Shown: positions 43,543 through 52,860, numbered from the stretch's first letter. The stretch: 54,289 bases of DNA from Minisyncoccota bacterium (GCA_017992005.1 JAGOPO010000003.1:1-54289), one strand, 5' to 3'. Translations and numbers: made by a program. The notes: generated by a model from the sequence alone, not told the origin.

Positions 43543-43857
43543 ATGAAAAACAGAGTTTTCAAGATTCGAACTCACGAGCAGGATGCAGGTATCGTTCGGC
43601 ATGACGATGCAGATTTTACGCGAACAAAAAAGTATATCGAGGAATTGATACTTGAGGCACTCCTCGTATTTGATGCACCGGATGACGAAAAGAGCATGGC
43701 TCTTCAAAATCTTACACATCTAATTCCGGTAGCAGCGAAGCGGTATCTCGGTAACCCTAAAAATTTCGAGCACAAATTCTCGACGTATTTCACCTGGTAT
43801 ATTCACGAAGAATTTAAGAAGTATAACTGGAACCGCAAGCAAGATCCGAAGAAGTGA
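43543..43857 (+). CDS. 104-aa protein resembling only sigma-70 region 2.1-2.2
   Basis: LIPVAAKRYLGNPKNFEHKFSTYFTWYIHEEF resembles V.IAKKY....F...KFSTYATWWIRQAI. There is no region 2.4, 3 or 4. Confidence 0.45.
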   Translation: MKNRVFKIRTHEQDAGIVRHDDADFTRTKKYIEELILEALLVFDAPDDEKSMALQNLTHLIPVAAKRYLGNPKNFEHKFSTYFTWYIHEEFKKYNWNRKQDPKK

Positions 43858-43908
43858 GGTTATTCGTTTACGAAAAATCCCCCATATTGGGGGACCTTTC
43901 GTATGTAG

Positions 43909-44191
43909 TTGCGGGGGTGGGATTCGAACCCACGACCTTCAGGTTCTTTCTGTTGTCTGCCATTCCTGGCAGTGTCGGACTATCCCATCATCCGTCCCGT
44001 GTGGGCGAGGATGCTCCCATTATAGTCTCTGAACCTTCCATATGATCTATGCAATCATATGGCTTGGCTGCGGATTGCCCTCGGTTGAACCGGTGGGGTT
44101 TCCCGACAGTTTCGGGTGTTTTCGATACGTATCTCTACGTAAAGTCACAATTGCTTATGAGCCTGACGAGCTGCCGCTGCTCCACCCCGCG
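43909..44191 (-). tRNA. Initiator tRNA-Met (CAU) interrupted by a group I intron; exons 44191-44157 and 43945-43909
   Basis: The joined exons read CGCGGGGTGGAGCAGCGGCAGCTCGTCAGGCTCAT|AACCTGAAGGTCGTGGGTTCGAATCCCACCCCCGCAA. The product has the C1xA72 mismatch and is close to E. coli tRNA-fMet as I recall it. Confidence 0.85.
43946..44156 (-). ncRNA. Group I intron (211 nt, no ORF) in the anticodon loop
   Basis: The 5' exon ends in U and the intron ends in G. P7 pairs GACUAU with AUAGUC inside UCAGAGACUAUAAUGGG...GGGAUAGUCC. P9 is CUGCC-AGGAAU-GGCAG. The IGS-like GUGA lies near the 5' end. Several GAAA-closed hairpins are present. Confidence 0.7.
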
Positions 44192-44289
44192 ATGTGATGG
44201 ACTCCGTGACTATACAGGATGTGAAACTATTGCACAAGGGGATTGTGGGACTGGTGGTGTATGCGATGATAGTTTGATACTCTTTAGGT

Positions 44290-44979
44290 ATGGCAAAATC
44301 GATACTCCGTGAGCAGGCGCGAGCACTCCGACGACAAGGAGCGAGTATTAGTGATGTCACCAAGCGATTGGGTGTCTCTAAATCGAGTGCAAGTCGGTGG
44401 TGTGCCGATCTTGAACTGACCGCGATTCAGCAAGAGCGTCTCGCTATCCGTACCCAGGGAGCCGTGCGACTGGGACAGCTACGAGGCGCTCTCGCACAAA
44501 AGAAGAAACGTCAGACAGTAGTAGATTTTCATATGCAGAAAGGTTTGCAACACTTCGCAACCCTTACCGATGCCGAGTTTTTCATGGCTGGGATTGCTTT
44601 GTATCTTGCGGAGGGAGCGAAAACAATGCGGCAGGTCCATTTTGTGAATGCCGACCCTCGCGTGGTCTTGTTTATGATGCGATGGCTTCGTCGTTTCTAT
44701 AATAAAGGTGCCGATGATTTTTCCGTCTCGGTGCTTATCAACGAACAACATCGATTACGAGAGCGTCGCATCGTTGAATTTTGGTCAAACTACTTGTCGA
44801 TACCAGCGAAGCAATTTCGAAAGACTGTCTTTGTTCGAACATTGCAAAAGAAGATTTATGAAAATACTGATCGATATTACGGAACCCTTCGATTCACGGT
44901 CTTGAAAAGCACTCAATTATACTATATAATAAGCGGGCTTATGGAGGGTCTCCTCCAGCACGTTCCAAAGCCGGCGTAG
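44290..44979 (+). CDS. HTH plus LAGLIDADG-like homing-endonuclease-type protein
   Basis: The N-terminal part SISDVTKRLGVSKSSASRWC is a resolvase-type HTH. FMAGIALYLAEGAK is LAGLIDADG-like. The last 10 nt overlap the tRNA-Met gene. Confidence 0.45.
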   Translation: MAKSILREQARALRRQGASISDVTKRLGVSKSSASRWCADLELTAIQQERLAIRTQGAVRLGQLRGALAQKKKRQTVVDFHMQKGLQHFATLTDAEFFMAGIALYLAEGAKTMRQVHFVNADPRVVLFMMRWLRRFYNKGADDFSVSVLINEQHRLRERRIVEFWSNYLSIPAKQFRKTVFVRTLQKKIYENTDRYYGTLRFTVLKSTQLYYIISGLMEGLLQHVPKPA

Positions 44980-45041
44980 TTCAACGGTTAGAACAGAACA
45001 CTCATAACGTTCAGACGAAAGTTCGACTCTTTCCGCCGGCA
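44970..45041 (+). tRNA. tRNA-Met (CAU; elongator, or possibly Ile2)
   Basis: GCCGGCGTAGTTCAACGGTTAGAACAGAACACTCATAACGTTCAGACGAAAGTTCGACTCTTTCCGCCGGCA. Anticodon loop is CTCATAA. Confidence 0.85.
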
Positions 45042-45058
45042 CACTGTATACTATCTCT

Positions 45059-46342
45059 ATGACCACAGGTTTTGACCATCGCCTCCATACGTTCGCGTCG
45101 GGGCTACGTTTAGTGACGATTCCTATGCCATCGGCAACGACGGCAACGGTGCTCGTGCTGGTGAAATGCGGATCCAAGTATGAGCCCAAGAATCTTGGGG
45201 GGATTTCTCATTTCTTGGAGCACATGATGTTTAAGGGGACGCAGCGAAGACCCGGCTATGTCGATATTAGCCGCGAGCTGGATGGCATCGGCGCATCGTA
45301 CAATGCGTTTACCAGCAAAGAGGTCACCGGTTACTACGCAAAAGCAGCTGCATCGAAGCTCGATACTATTATGGATGTGGTGTTTGATATATTCCTCAAC
45401 TCAAAGCTCGACCAGGGCGCCATGGAGATTGAACGAGGGCCGATTATCGAAGAGTTGCGCATGCGACGCGATGACCCGCAGCAACACATTGGGAGGCTTT
45501 TTGAGGAGCTTTTGTATGGCGATCAGCCTGCAGGTTGGGAGGTTGGTGGCACTGAAGATACCGTGAAGGGTATGCAATCAACTGATTTGCGGTCATGGTT
45601 TGATACGCATTATGTTGCCGCAAATACGATTATTGCGGTGGCGGGCAATATCAATGCCGATGAAGTTCGTGCAAAAGTAGAATCGACGTTTGCATCGATT
45701 CGAACGGCAGAACGCGCAGGAAAGCTGGCAACCATTGATACACAAGCAGCGCCAGCAATTATTACGGCAAAGAAAGACGTCGAACAGCTCTATGTGAGCT
45801 TGGGAGTGAGGGGATTTGATATGTATGACGACCGGCGCTATCCTGCGGCACTGATGGCGCAGATTTTAGGCGGTGGCATGAGCTCACGATTGTTTGATGA
45901 GGTACGTCAAAAGCGTGGTCTTGCTTACTACGTGTGGGCGGGGAACACGAACTACACTGATTCTGGCTATTTTGAGATTGGCGCTGGACTCAATCAGCAG
46001 AAGGCGCGTGAGGGCATTGAGGTTATCTTGAAGGAAATGCAGCAGATCGCTGCCGATGGTGTGACCACAGAGGAGCTTTCTCGCGTCAAAGATCAGGCGG
46101 AAGGGCGATTGGCGTTTACGCTCGAGAGCACGAGCGGAGTGGCTGATGAGTTCGGTGGATCGGTGTTGTTTTATGATGCAATTCATACTCCTGAAGAAGA
46201 TATTGCAAAGATTAAGGCGGTCTCCGCTGACGATATTCGCGATGTAGCGCAGACTATCTTCAAGGATGAGCGTTTGAATATGGCCGTTATTGGTCCTGAT
46301 GTGAACAAGGAGGATTTTGTCGATGTAGTAACATTCAAATAA
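45059..46342 (+). CDS. M16-family zinc peptidase (pitrilysin-like)
   Basis: HFLEHMMFKGT is the HxxEH motif. Confidence 0.9.
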   Translation: MTTGFDHRLHTFASGLRLVTIPMPSATTATVLVLVKCGSKYEPKNLGGISHFLEHMMFKGTQRRPGYVDISRELDGIGASYNAFTSKEVTGYYAKAAASKLDTIMDVVFDIFLNSKLDQGAMEIERGPIIEELRMRRDDPQQHIGRLFEELLYGDQPAGWEVGGTEDTVKGMQSTDLRSWFDTHYVAANTIIAVAGNINADEVRAKVESTFASIRTAERAGKLATIDTQAAPAIITAKKDVEQLYVSLGVRGFDMYDDRRYPAALMAQILGGGMSSRLFDEVRQKRGLAYYVWAGNTNYTDSGYFEIGAGLNQQKAREGIEVILKEMQQIAADGVTTEELSRVKDQAEGRLAFTLESTSGVADEFGGSVLFYDAIHTPEEDIAKIKAVSADDIRDVAQTIFKDERLNMAVIGPDVNKEDFVDVVTFK

Positions 46343-46354
46343 CCATTTCACGCT

Positions 46355-47395
46355 ATGGCGGAACGTATGCAAGTAGATATCTCGACGGCAAGCGTATTTC
46401 GGGCGCTTCTGGTCCTCATCGGATTTATTTTGGTGTACTTGCTCGCCGATGTGGTGAAAATTCTCTTATTGTCGGTAGTGATCGCTTCAGCGGTGCAGCC
46501 ATTCGTGAACTGGTTTCAAAAGAAGGGTGGCCCACGCATTTTGGGCGTTATCTTGCTCTACTTGTTGTTTTTGACCATTGTCGCCGGGCTCACGTCGCTT
46601 ATCTTGCCATCAGTGCTTTCGGATTTATCAAATTTGACCGTCTATCTTCCGAAGGTGACACAGCAGATTTCGTCATCGCTTGATTCGGTGCAGTCCGGCG
46701 CTCCAAAGTATTTTGATTTTGTTTCTGAATTGCAGAATATCTTGGAGGTTCTTGCTGGCTATCTCCAGCAGTTTTCCCAATCCGCGCTGAATCTGGCGGT
46801 GAGTACGTTTGGCGGTCTCTTCTCCTTTGTTGCAGTATTGGTGCTTTCCTTCTACCTATCGGTGATGAAAGACGGTGTGCCAAATTTCTTAGCTGCCATT
46901 GCTCCTGAGCGTTTCGAGGACTATATCATTGATCTCTGGCACCGCGTCGAGGTGAAGGTGGGGTATTGGCTGCAAGGGCAGATGTTGTTGGCGCTGATCG
47001 TGGGGCTTATGGTGTTTATCGGACTTTCATTGATGGGGGTTAAGTTCGCTTTGGTATTTGCGATTTTGTCGATTGCGCTAGAGATTTTTCCCGTCGCAGG
47101 GCCTGTTCTCGCTTCTATTCCGGCAATCTTAATGGCGTTTTTACAGGACCCAACGCTTGGCTTCTGGGTGTTTGTGATGTGGGTTGCTGTACAGCAGTTT
47201 GAAAATCATGTGCTTGTGCCGTTGGTGTTGGGAAAGTCGACAGGCCTCAACCCGGTCGTGGTTATGCTCTCGATTCTTATCGGATGGAAGCTTGGCGGTG
47301 TTGTGGGGGCTCTCCTTGGTGTCCCTATGGCGTCAGTGATCGTTGAGATTCTCGATGATATGGCGCGACTGAAGACGTCGCGTCGGACCTCCTGA
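46355..47395 (+). CDS. AI-2E family transporter (PerM/UPF0118)
   Basis: 346 aa with about 8 TM segments and family-typical length and topology. Confidence 0.8.
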   Translation: MAERMQVDISTASVFRALLVLIGFILVYLLADVVKILLLSVVIASAVQPFVNWFQKKGGPRILGVILLYLLFLTIVAGLTSLILPSVLSDLSNLTVYLPKVTQQISSSLDSVQSGAPKYFDFVSELQNILEVLAGYLQQFSQSALNLAVSTFGGLFSFVAVLVLSFYLSVMKDGVPNFLAAIAPERFEDYIIDLWHRVEVKVGYWLQGQMLLALIVGLMVFIGLSLMGVKFALVFAILSIALEIFPVAGPVLASIPAILMAFLQDPTLGFWVFVMWVAVQQFENHVLVPLVLGKSTGLNPVVVMLSILIGWKLGGVVGALLGVPMASVIVEILDDMARLKTSRRTS

Positions 47396-47396
47396 T

Positions 47397-48092
47397 ATGG
47401 CGACTCTCTGGGTGGTTGCGACGCCGATTGGCAACCTGCAAGACATGACATTTCGATCCGTGCAGACGCTGAAAGATGCGGATGCGATTTTGTGCGAAGA
47501 CACTCGCGTGACAGCGAAGCTGCTGCAGCATTTCGAGATTACCAAGCCGCTCATAGCCTATCACCAGCATAGCTCTGACGCGGTGGTTGCTCGTGCCGCA
47601 CTCATGCTCAATGAGGGACGCAACCTTGCGCTCGTCAGCGACGCGGGAACACCAGGGGTCAATGATCCGGGCGGACGTTTGGTCGAGCAACTATTGAGCG
47701 CTGTGGACGATCTTGTGGTAGTGCCGATAGTAGGAGCGAATGCCGCAATCGCAGCGCTTTCTGTATGTGGATTTCCTGCTGATCGTTTTTCATACTGGGG
47801 ATTTGTGCCTCATAAGAAGGGGCGAGAGACGTTCTTCCGTGAGATAGCGGAATTTCCTGACACGGTGGTATTTTATGAGGGTAAATATCGAATGGCGAAA
47901 GCGCTAGCGCAGCTTGCTGCTTGTTTTGCCGTAGCAGAAACGCCAGAGAGAAGGGTAGTCGTGGGGAGGGAGATAACAAAAAAGTTTGAGACATTTTATC
48001 GGGGGACTGCCCTCGAAGTTGCTCGTGCCCTTGAGGCGGACTCGACGCTCGGCGAGTTCGTTGTTGTTGTTGCGCCAAAGGCCTGGAAGTAA
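47397..48092 (+). CDS. rsmI: 16S rRNA (cytidine1402-2'-O)-methyltransferase
   Basis: LWVVATPIGNLQDMTFRSVQTLKDADAILCEDTR. Confidence 0.9.
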   Translation: MATLWVVATPIGNLQDMTFRSVQTLKDADAILCEDTRVTAKLLQHFEITKPLIAYHQHSSDAVVARAALMLNEGRNLALVSDAGTPGVNDPGGRLVEQLLSAVDDLVVVPIVGANAAIAALSVCGFPADRFSYWGFVPHKKGRETFFREIAEFPDTVVFYEGKYRMAKALAQLAACFAVAETPERRVVVGREITKKFETFYRGTALEVARALEADSTLGEFVVVVAPKAWK

Positions 48093-48120
48093 TGTTGGTT
48101 GTGTGGCATGATATTCCCCA

Positions 48121-49605
48121 ATGGCACGCTTTTATATTACGACCGCAATAGTCTATACCAATGCAGCGCCTCATATTGGCTTTGCGTTGGAGCTCGTGCA
48201 AGCAGATGCTATCGCTCGCTATCGGCGGCAATGCGGAGATGATGTGCGATTTGTCACAGGGACTGATGAGCATGGCACCAAAATTATGCGCGCCGCCTCT
48301 GATGCAGGAGTCCCGACACAGCAGTTCGTCGACCACATTGCGGGAAAGGTGGGCGAATTGGCGACGCGCTTGTCTATTTCAAATACCGATTTTATACGTA
48401 CAACCGATGAGATTCGGCATTTCCCATCGGCTCAAAAGCTTTGGTCAGCCATGGCAGAGAAGGGGGATCTCTATAAGAAGTCATACGAAGGGTATTATTG
48501 TGTTGGCCATGAGGCATTTATCAAGCAGAGTGAGCTTATTGATGGGCTTTGTCCGCTTCATAAGAGTAAGCCTGACGTCATTGCAGAGGAGAACTGGTTC
48601 TTTCGCCTCACGAAATACACCGGAAAGATTGCAGAAAGTATTGAGTCGGGACGCATGAGGATTGTGCCGGAAACGCGCACAAGTGAGATTCTCAATCTCC
48701 TCAAAGACGCGGAAGATGTAAGCTTTTCACGACCCTCTGCACAGTTGCCATGGGGGATTCCTGTGCCCGGTGATGATTCCCAGACGATGTACGTATGGGC
48801 TGATGCGCTTTCAAATTATATTTCAGCGCTGGGATACGGTACCGACCAAGAGGGTATGGTGTTCTGGCCTGCCGATGTTCATCTGATTGGAAAAGATATT
48901 ACACGATTCCATGCGATTTTTTGGCCGGCGATGCTCATGTCAGCGGGGCTCGAGATTCCAAAGAATATCTACGTGCACGGCTTTATTACGGTCGATGGTG
49001 AGAAGATGTCAAAATCGATAGGCAATGTGATTGACCCATTCGAGTTGCTCGATCGATATTCACCAGAAGTCATCCGCTATTTTATGCTTCGAGAGTTGCA
49101 AAGCACCGACGACAGTGATTTCTCATTCAAGAATCTGGAATCTCGCTATGTTTCTGATCTCGCAAATGGATTAGGTAATCTCGTACAGCGTGTAGCGACA
49201 CTGATCGACACCAAATTAAGTGGCTCATACGCGTTTAACGCCTCATGGCGCGATTCTGTAGGGGCTTTGGCTCAGATATACGACGATACGGATTATCATC
49301 GCGCCTTTGACCAATTTAGGCTTCACGACGCAGTCTCGGCGGTGTGGAGTAAGATAGGTGTTGCGAATGCGTACCTCAATAGTAATGAGCCATGGAAGCA
49401 AGAGGGGGATCAGCAGCGTGAAACGTTGGGTGTTTCAGCTGTTATGATAGCTCACATTGCGCAATTGCTTGCACCGTTTATGCCCGCGACGGCAGAAAAG
49501 ATTAGCACAGCTTTTAATCTTCAAGCAGGAGAGCCTCAGCAGGGTCAAGTGTATACTGTGAGCCGGCCAGAGCCGCTATTTCCGAAGCCGGAGAGCGCAT
49601 CATAG
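48121..49605 (+). CDS. metG: Methionine--tRNA ligase
   Basis: TTAIVYTNAAPHIGFAL (HIGH) and KMSKSIGN (KMSKS). Confidence 0.95.
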   Translation: MARFYITTAIVYTNAAPHIGFALELVQADAIARYRRQCGDDVRFVTGTDEHGTKIMRAASDAGVPTQQFVDHIAGKVGELATRLSISNTDFIRTTDEIRHFPSAQKLWSAMAEKGDLYKKSYEGYYCVGHEAFIKQSELIDGLCPLHKSKPDVIAEENWFFRLTKYTGKIAESIESGRMRIVPETRTSEILNLLKDAEDVSFSRPSAQLPWGIPVPGDDSQTMYVWADALSNYISALGYGTDQEGMVFWPADVHLIGKDITRFHAIFWPAMLMSAGLEIPKNIYVHGFITVDGEKMSKSIGNVIDPFELLDRYSPEVIRYFMLRELQSTDDSDFSFKNLESRYVSDLANGLGNLVQRVATLIDTKLSGSYAFNASWRDSVGALAQIYDDTDYHRAFDQFRLHDAVSAVWSKIGVANAYLNSNEPWKQEGDQQRETLGVSAVMIAHIAQLLAPFMPATAEKISTAFNLQAGEPQQGQVYTVSRPEPLFPKPESAS

Positions 49606-49632
49606 GGACACGAGAGACAATATACGGAGATG

Positions 49633-49662
49633 CATAAAATCCACTAAACAGTGGATTTTATG
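49633..49662 (+). terminator. Hairpin terminator after metG
   Basis: CATAAAATCCAC-TAAACA-GTGGATTTTATG forms a 12-bp stem. Confidence 0.65.
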
Positions 49663-51405
49663 ATAGTTTTAATAATCGGGTTACGCAATTATATGACATA
49701 CTGCGCTGGCTTACCGTGCCGAGCACTCCCGTGCCACCAGAGATCCAATGCGGGGAGATGGTAGGGAGCGGTTCCGTCGTCGAATTCACGCGTTATGGCG
49801 GTCTCGCTTGTGCTAGCGGCCAGACATTAGCAACGCCATTTTGTGGATTGTATCCAAGTCGCCGCTCGGTGATTTTCCGCCAAGCTCGTCGCAAGGAAGC
49901 GCCTAGGAGAAGTGACTAGCGGGTATCGTCGCATAAGATGAGACGGATAACTCTATGGTCGCATAATGTTGCACCTATGCCTTGCCGCCCTTGAAGTGCT
50001 GTGTTGCACGGATCGTTGAATTGTAGCCAGCAAGCGATGTGCACGGCAGTGACAATGTGGTAAGAGAGCGGAGAGAGTCGAGGGGGTGTGATTATTGATG
50101 AAAGATTTACCGAGTAGAGGTGATAGTAATATGACCAGGTATTTGAAAATGAGAGATGTTCAGAGTCGCTTTCGAAAATGAATCTGAATAGCATCGCAAC
50201 AGAAATGAAAACGAAGATCGATAGTGTGCTTGATGCGTGCTTCAGTAACGGCGCCAAGGGTGAGCGTACACGAAATGCGTCTCAGTGAAGGCGTTGATTC
50301 GACTGGAGCCGAGAACATATGGAGGCATGTGAGTGGCGCTGTCGCATGCGGATCGCTGACGCATGCGGATAGCTGCCGGTGATATGGAGCGGTGCCATTG
50401 CAGATTGCGTGCGCTCGCGGTCACGTGAACGGGAGAGCGAAGTCATTGCACGTCCGTGAGGTGTTTCACTGCGATGGAGTAGTAACGATGATGAAGGATT
50501 ATATAGCAAGGTACATCAGTGTGAATGATTAATAATGTTCGCCTTACGAGTGACATGCGAACTATGTACGTAACATTCCCACTTTTATCGAATGCCCGGC
50601 TATTTCATTTCGGCGGCGGTTCCGAGTGGCGGTCTATGTTGTTTGGACGTCTTCTATGGATTGGGCGCTTTCACTACGCAGGTGGATGAGAGCATCGTAA
50701 TGTGCCTCCGATCGTTGTGCGTTGCTTATCAGTAATTCGACGACGTTCGGTCGTTGATTGCGTGAGGCTAGTGCTGTTAGCGGGGGAGTGTCTGCGCTTT
50801 TTGATTGCATCGTAGTAAGGGCGACGCTGCCGATTGATAGCAGACCCAACTCCATAGTTTATAGAGTTCTAGGTGGAACATTAAGTCCGGTGTATAGGTT
50901 AGGGACTGAGCCGCATTGCCTCGTTTTACAATTGGCGTACGCAATCATTTGGCGTCGATGTTTATGCGGTTATGCAATTGCGACTTGTGCGTCATACTGT
51001 GAAGATCGATTACATATTCCCTTTTTGGTGGACCGTCTGACGTGGTGTAGGGACGTGAAGTGGGCCTATGTTGATGTGATGCGTAGGAGCTGTGGAGTTG
51101 GAAGCAATTCTCGAGTAGTATGGTGTAGGTGATTGAATGAATGCGCAGCCCTCCTTGTCGCCCATTCGGATCCTTCGGAGTCGCCTGGATCTCATGATTC
51201 CATGCGGTGGCAAGGGAGCCAGCGGGATCACTTCAAATTCGATATACGATACATGTCTAGGCCGTGACATGGGGCCCCTACAGCACCAACGAAGGGCCAT
51301 CCTGAGCTTGAAGCGAGGATGCAGGTGGTATCCATTCATCCAGAATAAATCATCGATAGATCATATTTCGAAATGTGCGGTTCGTAAAAACATGACATAT
51401 TAAGA

Positions 51406-52170
51406 ATGACGAAACATATAATTGATACGCATTGTCATCCGCAGCTTGAGCAGTACAACGACGATAGGGATGCCGTGGTTCGACGGGCGCTCGATGCGGG
51501 GATCACGATGATCTGCGTCGGCACGAATATCGAGACAAGTAGACAGGCAATTCGCTTGTCCGAGCAGTATGAAGGTGTATATACGTCGGTCGGCTCGCAT
51601 CCTACCGACGAACAAGGGATGGATTTTGACATCTCGGTCTATGAGGCGTTGGCGGCACACTCGAGTGTTGTGGCGATCGGTGAAATCGGACTGGATTACT
51701 TCCATGCCAAATCCGAAAAGGAGCACGATGAGCAAAAAATGAGATGCATGCGTCAGCTCGAACTCGCTGAGCGCATGCAAAAGCCAGTAATCATCCATTG
51801 CCGTGATGCTCATACGGATATGCTTGAGCTGCTCGCCCGGAAGCCAGCGCTGCGAGGAGTGATCCATAGCTTCAACGGAGATGTCGAGGCGGCGAGGCAC
51901 TATATCAAGCAAGGGTATATGCTAGGGTTGAACGCGATCGTTTCGTATTCAAAGTCTTACCATGAGATGGTTCGTAGTCTGCCGCTAGAAAATATTCTCG
52001 TCGAAACTGACGCTCCGTATCTCGCCCCAGCACCACAACGTGGAAAGAGAAATGAGCCCGCATATGTGACATATGTTCTACAGTCAATTGCGGCAATTCG
52101 TGGCGAAGCGCTTGAGGAGCTATCACGAGTTACAGCCCAAAATGCACGTCGTCTATTTAGCATGGAGTAG
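51406..52170 (+). CDS. TatD-family metal-dependent hydrolase
   Basis: IIDTHCHP at the N-terminus, and TatD/YabD-like over the full length. Confidence 0.9.
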   Translation: MTKHIIDTHCHPQLEQYNDDRDAVVRRALDAGITMICVGTNIETSRQAIRLSEQYEGVYTSVGSHPTDEQGMDFDISVYEALAAHSSVVAIGEIGLDYFHAKSEKEHDEQKMRCMRQLELAERMQKPVIIHCRDAHTDMLELLARKPALRGVIHSFNGDVEAARHYIKQGYMLGLNAIVSYSKSYHEMVRSLPLENILVETDAPYLAPAPQRGKRNEPAYVTYVLQSIAAIRGEALEELSRVTAQNARRLFSME

Positions 52171-52860
52171 TAAGGTATATGTAGTAAGACATAGTAACGT
52201 GTAGTAAAGAAAATAGCAGTGGTGATTACTATTGTTTTAGCAATGTAATGGGACTGCGTTGCGAGGAGCCTGTATTAAACCTTGGCATGTATTCGTGATT
52301 CGTATCGGTGATGGAATTGCTCTGCTTATGTGGGAATTGATGCTCTGCAAAGCGAATATATCGTAGTGCGACGACATTATCGGGATTTAGATGATTTGAA
52401 CTCGCATATTTCTGTGCGAGTGTATTTTTGACTCTCGAATTAGCCATCCTAAGGGCGCTGATTCGTGGCTCATCGGTCATTCTGAGCGTCGCCTGGGGAG
52501 TAATTAACTCTCTGGGCGACCTTTTGAGGCTCACGACTGGAGTGGATTACGTGTTGTCGTGATAGTCGCCTTGATGGAGCGGTAGTGTTGACGAGGTGCT
52601 GCGATTAAAGCTCTGATCGAGCATTATTTCTTGATGCTATTTTGATTTAGACTTATCAACAAAATCGTTTGTATTGAGATATCGGATACGTGATAAAATA
52701 TCTGAGTGATGAATTGCTTCTCAGTAAGAAATTGTGCGGGTATCGTTGATGTATCGTATACGCAAACCGATATGTCATCCGATATTTTTTCTAACTAACG
52801 TTTTTTGTGAATAGGGGGGATCAAAAAAACGATATCAAGATTTTCAAGGGAGAGACTTTT

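Noticed and set aside
35560-43560. Integron cassette array
   Set aside because: There is no intI integrase and no attI. The repeats are short simple terminators rather than attC sites, and every cassette has its own promoter.
50476-50487. A 12-nt match (ATGGAGTAGTAA) between the gap and the tatD 3' end, considered as evidence of a tatD duplication remnant
   Set aside because: The upstream frame does not translate to a TatD-like sequence, and 12-mer matches are expected by chance in 54 kb.
49663-51405. Chromosomal replication origin in the ORF-poor gap
   Set aside because: I found only isolated imperfect DnaA-box-like 9-mers, such as TGTGGATTG. There is no cluster, no AT-rich unwinding element and no adjacent dnaA or dnaN.
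52229-52534. 101-aa minus-strand ORF (GTG start) in the spacer after tatD
   Set aside because: It has no RBS and no recognisable motif, and sits in a generally ORF-poor stretch. It is left as unresolved rather than called.
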